DNA from: Trueperaceae bacterium
GTDB taxonomy: Bacteria > Deinococcota > Deinococci > Deinococcales > Trueperaceae
Direction: 5' to 3'
DNA: 19,556 nt
NCBI GenBank assembly: GCA_040905465.1
Contig: JBBDRK010000047.1
Coordinates: 1-19,556 of the forward strand
Both the position numbers and the translations under genes were made by a program. The notes under the pieces were generated by a model. That model saw nothing but the letters and a program-made list of their open reading frames with translations, searched no databases and was not told where the DNA came from. Below are positions 6,925 through 15,715 of the stretch, piece after piece (position 1 is the stretch's first letter; every line of letters starts with the position of its first letter).

Positions 6925-8215
6925 GCGGCACCCCGTCCAGCTCCAGCCGCGGGTGTTCGTTGCCATCGGGTCCGGCGACCCAACTCAAGTCGGCCTGATA
7001 CGACCGGCGGCGAAGCCCAAGCAGCAGCGCTATCGCTTGCAGCTCGCGGTCCTCGTACCCCGCCCGTCCCAATATCCGCAAACAGCGATGGATGCTCATC
7101 CGAATGCGGCGCCACCGTCCGGCAGTGAGCCGACGAGGCGCACGCCTGGGCATGGCGAGGGAACTGGCCGGCGACCGAAGGCTTTCTCTGAGTTGCGCAA
7201 GCCGCAACGCCTCCAGAACGGCCGGCAACTCGCGCAGCACGGCGAACGGCGCAATCAATATCTCGGCCAGCGCTAGCATCGACCGCTCCAGATAGCGATT
7301 GCCGCGCTCGGGAGCTACCAGCAAATTCCACAGATGGCGCTGGAGCCGCGAGGGGGCTGTAAGGTTGCAGACGCCTTCGAACGGGTCACAGCGGCTGCGG
7401 AAGATACGGTATGTATTCGCGCATCCGAGCTCGATCGCACGGTCCTCGAGCTCCCATGGCTCGAGCTCGAACTCCTCCTTCAGGATTCGGAAGTCGAGAT
7501 AGTCGTGAGCGCGCAGTTCCCAGTCCTCGGGCGACCAGGAACGATTGAGCACGAGGCCGATAAGCACAGCGTCCACAGGGTGGAGCTGTCGCACACGAAC
7601 CCCGTCCCAATCGATTACTTGCGATTTCGCCCAGGCCTGCCGGGTAATCCTCTCCTGTCGACCGTGCGACGCGAGGTGATTGTGATTGTTGTGTACGAGC
7701 CGGCGGTGCACATCGAGGTGGACGCCGGAGCGCCGGTGTCGCAACTGCATAACTTCGTGTCCGCTATAGCTCTCCGTCCTACGGGCATGCGCCGTCGCTG
7801 GCCAGTCGGCATGCCACAGCAACTGCCAGCACTGTTCCTGAGCGAGATCGCCCGCTCGCACCGCGTCGGATGGGCGAATCAGAAGGTCGACGTCGCTGTA
7901 GCGCCGTTGCGCAGTGGCCGGGTAGACGAACTCGGCGAGATGGAACCCTTTGAAAACCAGAGCCTCGATTCCTGAACGTTGCCAGCTCCGCAACAAACGC
8001 CTAAGTTCGCCGCGAACGGCGAGATGGCGAGCGCTGGCGACCATCTCGGCAGTCCTCACGACCGGCCCGGGGTTGCTGAGAACTCCCGCGGCGTAGCTGG
8101 CGAGACCGAGTTCGCTGAGCAGCTGTGGATCAGGAGCTGTGTCAGGCGTGTCCGTCAGAAATCGTTCCACCTGCCTGGCGTGTCTTCGGCGTGAGCCGAT
8201 CCGTGGCGAGGCCAT
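6878..8215 (-). CDS. Nucleotidyltransferase family protein (NTP_transf_5-like) with C-terminal degenerate B2-like domain
   Basis: Contains LVFKG.HLA..VY.....R.YSDVDLLI and LDVH motifs typical of RiPP-cluster nucleotidyltransferases. The C-terminal ~120 aa align by eye with the B2 gene of this cluster. Confidence 0.85.
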   Translation of the reverse strand: MASPRIGSRRRHARQVERFLTDTPDTAPDPQLLSELGLASYAAGVLSNPGPVVRTAEMVASARHLAVRGELRRLLRSWQRSGIEALVFKGFHLAEFVYPATAQRRYSDVDLLIRPSDAVRAGDLAQEQCWQLLWHADWPATAHARRTESYSGHEVMQLRHRRSGVHLDVHRRLVHNNHNHLASHGRQERITRQAWAKSQVIDWDGVRVRQLHPVDAVLIGLVLNRSWSPEDWELRAHDYLDFRILKEEFELEPWELEDRAIELGCANTYRIFRSRCDPFEGVCNLTAPSRLQRHLWNLLVAPERGNRYLERSMLALAEILIAPFAVLRELPAVLEALRLAQLRESLRSPASSLAMPRRAPRRLTAGRWRRIRMSIHRCLRILGRAGYEDRELQAIALLLGLRRRSYQADLSWVAGPDGNEHPRLELDGVPLSVEGTLLADRTRSD

Positions 8216-8377
8216 GAGTCATTCTCGGGGTCAGGCGAGTCGCCTTCGGGGCAGGCGTCACCTGCCTGCTCGTGCCCTGAGCGCAATCGACGGAGCCGCC
8301 CGGCAGCGCGGCTTCGGGGCGACCAGTTGATCGACCGGCTGACGCTATGCTGTGCTCGTGAAAGTGGGAGAGGAAAG

Positions 8378-9079
8378 TTGACGCCGTCGATACCCATAGC
8401 CCTGGCCGCCGGCATCCTTTCCTTCCTTTCGCCCTGCGTCCTGCCCCTCGTCCCTTCGTACCTGGCGTACCTCGGTGGGGACGTCAACAGACGGCCGGTC
8501 GTGATCCGCAACAGTTTGCTGTTCGTGCTCGGTTTCTCCTTGGTGTTCGTGTCGCTGGGTGCCTCGGCCAGCCTGGTCGGCGCCGTCGTGCTGGACAACC
8601 GTGGCTGGCTCATGCGGCTCGGCGGGTTGGTAGTCATCGCCTTCGGGCTGATGCTCTTTGGCGTGCTGCGCGTACCGTTCCTGTACCGGACCGCGCGCCC
8701 CGGATATCCCGAAAACGGCAGCACTCCTCTGGGCGCGGTAGTGATGGGGATGTCATTCGCCATCGGTTGGACCCCCTGCATCGGCCCGGTGCTGGGCGCA
8801 ATCCTCACTCTGGCGGGTGCTTCGGGAACGCTCTCCACCGGAGCGGGCCTGCTGGCGGTATACGCCGCCGGACTGGCCATCCCCTTCCTGATCGCGTCGT
8901 TCGGCCTCGGAGCTGTGACCCGTTTCACCGAGCGATTCCGGCGTTACCTGCCGTGGGTTGAGCGGGTCTCCGGGGGCATCCTGGTAACGGCCGGCCTGTT
9001 GATGGTAAGCGGCTACTACACGCGGTTGAACGCATACATGATCAGGCTCACGCCTCAGTGGCTGATCGAGCGCCTCTGA
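8378..9079 (+). CDS. ccdA: Cytochrome c biogenesis protein CcdA (DsbD transmembrane domain)
   Basis: Contains AGILSFLSPCVLPLVP and GWTPCIGPVLGAIL motifs with six TM segments. Start placed at TTG 8378 after GGAGAGG. Confidence 0.93.
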   Translation: MTPSIPIALAAGILSFLSPCVLPLVPSYLAYLGGDVNRRPVVIRNSLLFVLGFSLVFVSLGASASLVGAVVLDNRGWLMRLGGLVVIAFGLMLFGVLRVPFLYRTARPGYPENGSTPLGAVVMGMSFAIGWTPCIGPVLGAILTLAGASGTLSTGAGLLAVYAAGLAIPFLIASFGLGAVTRFTERFRRYLPWVERVSGGILVTAGLLMVSGYYTRLNAYMIRLTPQWLIERL

Positions 9080-9146
9080 TTGGCGAGCCACGGCCCACTG
9101 TGGCGGCGACAGGTCGAAATACTCGCACGGCAGCGAACAGGCTGGA

Positions 9147-9155
9147 TGATAAGCT
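9147..9155 (+). promoter_or_regulatory. Extended -10 box for leaderless murI transcript
   Basis: TG-A-TAAGCT (TAAGCT at 9150-9155) lies exactly 6 nt before GTG 9162, and there is no SD. Confidence 0.6.
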
Positions 9156-9161
9156 TTGGAC

Positions 9162-9998
9162 GTGAGCCAAGCGCATTCTTCCCCGCTCGGAGTATTCGAT
9201 TCCGGCGTCGGCGGACTCACCGTCCTTCGCGAACTGCAACGAGTACTTCCCCACGAGGATTTCCTCTACCTCGGCGATACCGCCCGCCTGCCGTACGGCA
9301 GCAAACCGCCGGAGATGGTCGCCGAATTCGCCCGTGAAATCTCCTGGGCGCTGGTGGAGCGCGGGGTCAAAGGGATCGTCGTGGCCTGTAACACGGCCGC
9401 TTCCGCCGGCGGCCTGGCCGAACTGGCATCGTCTTTGCCGGTGCCGGTATGGGGGGTCATCGATCCGGGCGTTCGGTCAGCGATAAGCCGGAGCCGCGGA
9501 GGATGCGTCGGAGTACTCGGTACTGTAGCCACCATACGCTCACGGGCCTATCAAGCGCGGCTCGAGGCCGCCGGCGTCGACACCTGGGCGAAGGCCTGTC
9601 CGCTGTTCGTGCCGATCGTCGAGGAGGGGATTTCAGACAACGAGATCGCCGGACTGGTTGCCCGTCACTATCTGGACAAGCGACCCGAACTCGACGTTCT
9701 CATTCTCGGTTGCACCCACTACCCGGCTCTCAAGGGAACGCTTCAGGAAGTGCTGGGTCAGGGAGTTACGCTCGTCGACTCCGCCGAGGAAACGGCTGTT
9801 ACAGTGGCCGCCGACCTGTCCGACATGGGGCTCGCGGTAGAGCACGACCGTGTCGGCCGGATTCACCATCTGGTCACCGGCGATCTCGAGAGCTACCTGC
9901 ATACCGCCCGTGTCCTGGGAGGTCCCGACGGAACCGCCGAGCGCCTCGGCTATCCGCTATCAAGCCTCGACCGCGCGCTCTACGAGCCGGTTGGCTGA
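9162..9998 (+). CDS. murI: Glutamate racemase
   Basis: Contains FDSGVGGLTV, DTARLPYG.K, VACNTA and LGCTHYP motifs. Confidence 0.97.
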   Translation: MSQAHSSPLGVFDSGVGGLTVLRELQRVLPHEDFLYLGDTARLPYGSKPPEMVAEFAREISWALVERGVKGIVVACNTAASAGGLAELASSLPVPVWGVIDPGVRSAISRSRGGCVGVLGTVATIRSRAYQARLEAAGVDTWAKACPLFVPIVEEGISDNEIAGLVARHYLDKRPELDVLILGCTHYPALKGTLQEVLGQGVTLVDSAEETAVTVAADLSDMGLAVEHDRVGRIHHLVTGDLESYLHTARVLGGPDGTAERLGYPLSSLDRALYEPVG

Positions 9999-10001
9999 CG
10001 C

Positions 10002-10718
10002 GTGCGCCATGAACGCGGCGAGACCGAGATGCGCCAGGTATCGATTACCCCCGGGTACAACCGGTATGCCGAGGGTTCCGCCCTGGTCGAGTGGGGACAT
10101 ACCACCGTCCTGGCGACGGTTACCGTCGACCCGCGCTTGCCGCCGCATCTGCGCGGCCGCGGCAACAGGCCGCCGGAAGGGTGGTTGACGGCGGAGTACG
10201 CGCTATTGCCCCGCAGCACCCAGGAGCGCTCCTCGCGCGAACGGCTCTATGCGGGGGGACGAACCCAGGAGATCCAGCGGCTGATCGGTCGTGCGCTGCG
10301 GACCGTAACCGATCTGAGCCTGTTTCCGAACAAGACGTTAATAGTCGACGTCGATGTGCTGCAGGCCGACGGTGGGACGCGCTGTGCCGGACTGGTGGCC
10401 GGTTACGCGGCTCTGCACCAGGCCGCCAATCGTCTGATATTCGCGGGCGACTTGGCCGAGTGGCCCCTCCTGTTCGAATTGGGTGCCGTGAGCGTGGGTA
10501 TTGTCGACGGGGAGGAGTACGTCGATCTGGAGTACAGCGAGGACGTGCGGGCAGAAGTAGACCTCAACGTGGTGGCCACCGGCGATGGACAGGTAATAGA
10601 GGTGCAGGGAGGTGGCGAGCAGCGACCCGTGCCGGCCGAACGGTACGTCGGTCTGGTCGCAAAGGGAGTGAGCGCGGTGCAGAGCCTGACGCAGTCGATC
10701 CGTCCGCAACTCCGGTGA
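10002..10718 (+). CDS. rph: Ribonuclease PH
   Basis: Contains AEGSA, GWLTAEY.LLP.ST, GRTQEIQRLIGRALR, DVLQADGGTRCA and DLEYSED motifs. Confidence 0.96.
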   Translation: MRHERGETEMRQVSITPGYNRYAEGSALVEWGHTTVLATVTVDPRLPPHLRGRGNRPPEGWLTAEYALLPRSTQERSSRERLYAGGRTQEIQRLIGRALRTVTDLSLFPNKTLIVDVDVLQADGGTRCAGLVAGYAALHQAANRLIFAGDLAEWPLLFELGAVSVGIVDGEEYVDLEYSEDVRAEVDLNVVATGDGQVIEVQGGGEQRPVPAERYVGLVAKGVSAVQSLTQSIRPQLR

Positions 10719-10725
10719 GAGGACA

Positions 10726-11373
10726 GTGATGAAGCCGAAGTTGGTGTTGGCAACCAGGAACGAGGGCAAGATCAGCGAGATGCGACTCGCGCTGGCGGAG
10801 ATGGACGTGGATCTGCTGTCGGCACGTGAACTCGGACTTGGAGAGGGTCCGGAGGAACACGGCTCGTCATACGAGGAGAATGCGCTGATCAAGGCAGCGC
10901 ATGCCGCGCATGCCAGCGGGCTGCCCGCCTTGGCCGACGATTCGGGGCTCGAGGTGGACGCGCTCGACGGCGCGCCCGGTATCCACTCGGCTCGATTCGG
11001 CGGCGAGCTCGGTTACGGCGAGCGTATTGCCTACCTGTTGCAGCGACTCAAACATCTTCCTCCCGAGGATCGCGGCGCAAGCTTCGTAAGCGTGCTCGTT
11101 CTGGCGACCGCTGACGGTCGGATAAAGACCTTCACCGGGAGGTGCAGCGGCAGGCTCCTCCTCGGTCCTCGCGGGGAGGGGGGCCACGGCTACGATCCCA
11201 TCTTCTGGAGCCCGGAGCTTGGGAAATCGTTTGCCGAGGCGACCGAGTCGGAGAAGGGCAGGGTGAGCCACCGCGGCCTCGCTATCGCCCAGTTGCTGGA
11301 CTGGTCACGCGGCCACGAGTCGTGGCTGACGACCGGGCCGCAGCTCAACGGCGCCGGTGACCGCTCCGACTGA
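10726..11373 (+). CDS. rdgB: Non-canonical purine NTP pyrophosphatase (RdgB/HAM1)
   Basis: Contains LATRNEGK, ENALIKA, ADDSGLEVDAL.GAPGI.SAR, GYDPIF and SHRG motifs. Follows rph as in many bacteria. Confidence 0.96.
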   Translation: MMKPKLVLATRNEGKISEMRLALAEMDVDLLSARELGLGEGPEEHGSSYEENALIKAAHAAHASGLPALADDSGLEVDALDGAPGIHSARFGGELGYGERIAYLLQRLKHLPPEDRGASFVSVLVLATADGRIKTFTGRCSGRLLLGPRGEGGHGYDPIFWSPELGKSFAEATESEKGRVSHRGLAIAQLLDWSRGHESWLTTGPQLNGAGDRSD

Positions 11374-11543
11374 ACGGAAGCGAACTATCTGGGGTTCGGC
11401 GCCCGCACCTTCCTCGTTCGGACCTGCCTTCAGGGCGCTCCGCCCCTAGTTGACCGGGAATCTTTTCATCTTGGGTACTACAATGGTCGATCGAGGCCCG
11501 GCGGCGACCTCTGGCGTGGTCGGACCTCGAGGGAGGCACACCG

Positions 11544-12536
11544 ATGAGGTACTACCCATTCAATATTCGGGCTTCGCTTACGGCGCTGCTGATCGTTGCC
11601 GGAGCTGCTCTCGCCCAGCAGGCGCCATTGCCGGCAGCCGCCCAGGATGCCCTCGACCAGGGAAGAGCGGCGATGAACCAGGCGCTGTCCACCTATGAGG
11701 CCCAGTATCCCGACCGAGCGCTGTGGCAGGAGGCCTTCAGACACGGTCGCCGAGCTCAGACTCTCGCTCCGGAGCATCCCGAGCCGCAGCTCTTCCTGGC
11801 CGAGGCATATAGCCGTTCCAACTGGTTCGGGCCCGCCTGGAACGCCTGGCTCGCATACCTCGACCAGGGCAACCTTCTGGACGCCGATGCTACGCCGCTA
11901 TTCAGTGAGGTCGGGTCACAGCAGGGTTACAACTACTACCGCCAGGGACGCCTGAGCGATGCTGCCGACGTCTACCGGCGCATCATCGATGAAGTGCCCT
12001 TCGACCTGGAAGCCCACACCTGGATGGGTCGCTTGCTGATCGAGATGGGCCAGCCCGAGCAGGCCATCAGCTACTGGCAGACGGTCGTCGACCGAAATCC
12101 CGGCGACTCCAGGGCGGCATATTTTCTCGAGCTCGCCCGCGACCAGTCTCGCTGGGGGACGGAGGCGGTAAACGCATTCCGGCAAGGAGTCGAGTTCCAC
12201 GAGCAAGGGGCGCTCGAGCGGGCGCGCGAGCGCTTCGCCCGCGCCACCACTCACAATAGCCGCTTCCCGGACGCCTGGGCCTGGCTCGGACGCGTCGCCT
12301 TCGAGCGGGGCGACTACGCGGATGCCCGCACCTTTTACGAGCGGGCAAGCAGCCTGGCACCCTCGAATCAGACCTACAGTTACTTCCGTGAGGAGTCGGA
12401 GCGGCGGGTCGAGACGGGTGTTGGCGGTGCACGAGGTACTCCCGATGTCGATGGTGCTGAAGGCGCTCGCGGTGCCGATGGTGCCGAAGGTGCTCCCGCT
12501 GTCGATGGTGCCGAGGGGAACGACCGGACCCCCTGA
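11544..12536 (+). CDS. Secreted/periplasmic tetratricopeptide repeat protein
   Basis: GGGAGG SD, signal peptide (…LLIVAGAALA|QQ) and several TPR-like helical pairs (e.g. DAWAWLGRVAFERGDYADARTFYERASSLAPSN). Confidence 0.85.
   Translation: MRYYPFNIRASLTALLIVAGAALAQQAPLPAAAQDALDQGRAAMNQALSTYEAQYPDRALWQEAFRHGRRAQTLAPEHPEPQLFLAEAYSRSNWFGPAWNAWLAYLDQGNLLDADATPLFSEVGSQQGYNYYRQGRLSDAADVYRRIIDEVPFDLEAHTWMGRLLIEMGQPEQAISYWQTVVDRNPGDSRAAYFLELARDQSRWGTEAVNAFRQGVEFHEQGALERARERFARATTHNSRFPDAWAWLGRVAFERGDYADARTFYERASSLAPSNQTYSYFREESERRVETGVGGARGTPDVDGAEGARGADGAEGAPAVDGAEGNDRTP
12426..12518 (+). repeat. Degenerate 27-bp tandem repeat (~3.4 units) in the TPR gene tail
   Basis: GGTGCACGAGGTACTCCCGATGTCGAT / GGTGCTGAAGGCGCTCGCGGTGCCGAT / GGTGCCGAAGGTGCTCCCGCTGTCGAT / GGTGCCGAGGGG encodes GARGTPDVD-GAEGARGAD-GAEGAPAVD-GAEG. 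Confidence 0.8.
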
Positions 12537-12909
12537 CGGCCGGGAATACCGATCATAGGTAGCCGACCATGCGTGAGGCGACACGCGCCGCTTCCGGCGC
12601 AGGGCGCGCCCCGGGCCGGTTGTGTTTGCCGGGCGTGCCGACCGCTGCTCCTCATGATCCTCACGCTGGTCGAATGTGCACTTCACTCCCTTTGGCTTGC
12701 GGCTTTGAAGCGGACGGCGAGCCACCTCGCCTTGGCCTTCGCAAGCACAACGACTCATCCGATCACCTGAGAATTCAATGAGGACGAGGTGAGATGTCTA
12801 ACCGGCTCATGGTCATGCGCGGCATGGTCGCGCCGGCTCTGGAGACGTAGCCTGTTCAGCGTAGGCTTTTGGGGCTTCACGTACCCAGATCAAAGGGGGG
12901 ATCAACGAA

Positions 12910-13689
12910 ATGAAACAGAAACTTCTCATGCTCCTGGCCGTATTGCTCACTGGCGGCATGCTGGTGGCTTGCGGTCCGGGCGACGAACTCGCCGATGACA
13001 CCGGTGGCGGCATAGTCGACGAGCCACTCGGTACCGAAACCACAGACACCCTGGACGGCGACACCACGACGGAGACTTTCGGTGACGACGCCGCCGATAC
13101 GACGGCGGACACCGGCGAGACCGTCGAGATGGACCTCGGTGAAGGCGAAGAAGTCGCCGACGATGCGGCTGCCGAGGATGGTGTTGCCGCCGACGCCGAA
13201 ACCGACGCCGACGTCGACGTGACAACCGAGGAGACCACGGAAGATACCGCCGATGACACTACAGCCGAAGCAGGCGAGGGAGAAGACGGGGACGTTGCAG
13301 GCGGTGGTGCCGCACCGGCCGCCGGTGAAGCGGTCGTCGTGACGTTCAGTCAGGCCGCCGAAGGCGTTGCCGTCGAGAACGTGCAGGGCGCCGAAGATGC
13401 CGAGTCGGTCGCTTCTACCGACGAGACCAACCCCGACCTGAACCTGACGGTTGGCCAGCGTTACGAGTTCGAATACGACGGTGAAGGCGATCTCGTCTTC
13501 TTCAACTCGGACAACGAGGCACTGTTGTCGAGCGCCGGAATCGAAAGCGCGTTCGCAGAGGACGGCGAAGTTCAGGCCGAGATGGAGGACGGCCGGGTGA
13601 GCTTCACGCTGACTGAAGAGTTGGCGCAGGAACTCGATCACTACGCCGTTGGTCCCGAAGAGCAAGGCGGGCAGGTAAACGCCAACTGA
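12910..13689 (+). CDS. Highly acidic lipoprotein with disordered D/E/T-rich stalk and C-terminal beta domain
   Basis: GGGGGG SD, signal peptide with lipobox LVA-C21, and a mature chain dominated by D/E/T/A. Confidence 0.85.
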   Translation: MKQKLLMLLAVLLTGGMLVACGPGDELADDTGGGIVDEPLGTETTDTLDGDTTTETFGDDAADTTADTGETVEMDLGEGEEVADDAAAEDGVAADAETDADVDVTTEETTEDTADDTTAEAGEGEDGDVAGGGAAPAAGEAVVVTFSQAAEGVAVENVQGAEDAESVASTDETNPDLNLTVGQRYEFEYDGEGDLVFFNSDNEALLSSAGIESAFAEDGEVQAEMEDGRVSFTLTEELAQELDHYAVGPEEQGGQVNAN

Positions 13690-13714
13690 TCGGAGGGAAG
13701 AACCGAAATCAAAG

Positions 13715-13743
13715 GGGGCGGAGCGCAGAAAGCGCTCCGCCCC
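13715..13743. terminator. Probable bidirectional intrinsic terminator between lipoprotein and glpX
   Basis: Perfect 12-bp stem GGGGCGGAGCGC-AGAAA-GCGCTCCGCCCC between convergent genes, with T-containing tails on both strands. Confidence 0.75.
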
Positions 13744-13777
13744 TACTTCTTGCCACCCCGCAGGGTGACTCCTGTCG

Positions 13778-14848
13778 TCAGATCTGGACGTGCACGCGCG
13801 CCCCGTCACCCAGCAGGTGCACGGCGTCTGAAAAACGCACTACCCGCGTGTGGTAACCCATCGAGACTGTATGGGTCCGAGCGCCGTTCTTGAAGAACTT
13901 CACGCCTCGCAGCAGGTCACCATCGGTAATCCCTGTTGCGCTGAATACTATGTGCTCTCCCGGTGCGAGGTCGTTGGTTCCGTAAACCCGCTCCGGATCG
14001 GCGCCCATCGCCTCGAGCCGCGCGCGCTCCTTATCGTTGCGAGGCCGGAAACGAGCCTGTATCTCACCACCCAGGCACTTTAGGGCGGCCGCGGCAAGGA
14101 CACCCTCCGGCGCCCCGCCGATTCCCATCACGGCGTGCACATTGGTCCCTCGTACCGCCCCGGAAAGGGCGGCTATCACGTCTCCGTCTCCGATCAGCTT
14201 GACCCGAACTCCACATGCCCTGACTTCGCGAATCAACTGCTCGTGCCGTGGCCTGTCGAGTATCACCACGGTCAGATCCTCGATGTCGCGGTCGAGGCTC
14301 ATCGCTACAGCCCGCAGGTTCGCCGCCGCCGGCCAGGTGAGGTCCACCTTGCCCGCCGCCGGCGGCCCCACGATCAGCTTCTCCATGTAGGTGTCGGGCG
14401 CCTGGAAAAGCCCGCCCTTCTCAGCCAGGGCGATTACGGCGACGGAGTTGTTCACCATTCGAGCGGTGATGCCCGTTCCCTCTACCGGGTCGACGGCGAT
14501 GTCCACGGGCCACCGCCCGGTGCCGGCCCTGCCCACGCGCTCGCCGATGAACAGCATGGGGGCCTCGTCTCGCTCACCCTCGCCGATCACTATCTCGCCG
14601 TCGATGTCCAGCTCGTTGAGCACGCGCCGCATCGCGTCGGTGCCTTCCTGATCCACCAGGTCCGAGTCGCCCTTGCCGGCTGCTCGACTGGCGGCGATGG
14701 CCGCTTGTTCGGTCACTCGAACGGTATCGAGTACCAGCGCGCGCTCCATGTCGCCCGAGGGTATCGAGAGCGTCCTGCCACCCTTGGTTCCCCCGTTCGG
14801 TTGCGTTTGACTACGCTCCGCCTTATCCCTCGGTTGATTCTTGGCCAT
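13778..14848 (-). CDS. glpX: Class II fructose-1,6-bisphosphatase
   Basis: Contains [46 protein letters not shown] and ATGITDG motifs. Start is uncertain (ATG 14848 or the downstream MERALVLD). Confidence 0.95.
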   Translation of the reverse strand: MAKNQPRDKAERSQTQPNGGTKGGRTLSIPSGDMERALVLDTVRVTEQAAIAASRAAGKGDSDLVDQEGTDAMRRVLNELDIDGEIVIGEGERDEAPMLFIGERVGRAGTGRWPVDIAVDPVEGTGITARMVNNSVAVIALAEKGGLFQAPDTYMEKLIVGPPAAGKVDLTWPAAANLRAVAMSLDRDIEDLTVVILDRPRHEQLIREVRACGVRVKLIGDGDVIAALSGAVRGTNVHAVMGIGGAPEGVLAAAALKCLGGEIQARFRPRNDKERARLEAMGADPERVYGTNDLAPGEHIVFSATGITDGDLLRGVKFFKNGARTHTVSMGYHTRVVRFSDAVHLLGDGARVHVQI

Positions 14849-14950
14849 GATTGAGCATTGTCCCACACGCCGCCCGGCACGGCGGTGTTGTACGGCCCTT
14901 GTGCCGGCGTCTGGCCCAGGTTGCAAACCGGGCCCGGGGTGCCCGGGACG

Positions 14951-15715
14951 TCAGCCTTTGCCGCGATCTCGGTGCCGCTCCTCCAGTAACGACGCGACCG
15001 CCATCATCGATTGGCCACGCTCGTGCAGCACTACCGTAAGGTGAAAGAGCAGGTCGGCCGCCTCGGCCACCAGCTCGTCGTCTTTCCCCTCGAGCGCCGC
15101 CACGATGGTCTCCCCGGCCTCCTCGACCACCTTCTGCGCCTCGTAGCCCAGGCCCCTGGCATGCAGCCGCGTCACATACGAACCCTCCGGCAAGTCGCGC
15201 AGCCGCTCGCCCACTACTCGTTCCAGCAACTCGAACGCCCGTGCCGGTCCGGACTCGCCGGCGACCGGCTCCGGCGCGCCTGCCGCTGCCGGTGCCGGCT
15301 CACTGGCGGTGCCGGTCGGACCCGCCGCCGGCTCGCGAGCAGAACCGTCAGGGGCGACCGAAGCGGTACGGAAGAAGCAGGACCTGGCGCCGGTATGGCA
15401 TGCCGGCCCGGTTTGCGCCAGGCGGTACAGGACGGCGTCCCCGTCGCAGTCCAGCGCGACCTCTCTCACCTGCTGGATGTTGCCGCTGCTGTCGCCCTTG
15501 CGCCACAACCGGCCGCGTGAACGGCTGAAGTAGTGGGCACGGCCGGTCTCGACCGTCAGTCTCAGCGACTCGCGGTCGGCATACGCCAGCATCAGGACCT
15601 CTCCACTGTCGTGGTCCTGAGCGATAACCGGCACCAGGCCACGCTCGTCGAATCGGACATCGTCGAACAGGACGGCCTCGTTTCCGCCACCCGCACCCGC
15701 CGCCGACGAGCTCAC
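14951..15715 (-). CDS. hisIE: Bifunctional phosphoribosyl-AMP cyclohydrolase / phosphoribosyl-ATP pyrophosphatase
   Basis: HisI motifs: SRSR..LW.KG.SSG, DCDGDA, GPACHTG..SCF. HisE motifs: [18 protein letters not shown]. An Ala/Pro-rich linker joins the domains. Confidence 0.95.
   Translation of the reverse strand: MSSSAAGAGGGNEAVLFDDVRFDERGLVPVIAQDHDSGEVLMLAYADRESLRLTVETGRAHYFSRSRGRLWRKGDSSGNIQQVREVALDCDGDAVLYRLAQTGPACHTGARSCFFRTASVAPDGSAREPAAGPTGTASEPAPAAAGAPEPVAGESGPARAFELLERVVGERLRDLPEGSYVTRLHARGLGYEAQKVVEEAGETIVAALEGKDDELVAEAADLLFHLTVVLHERGQSMMAVASLLEERHRDRGKG

Noticed and set aside
12877-13809. Long antisense ORFs here and elsewhere (e.g. 1845-2717, 8155-8928, 11916-12758)
   Set aside because: They are shadow frames of well-supported genes in high-GC DNA and carry no recognisable motifs.
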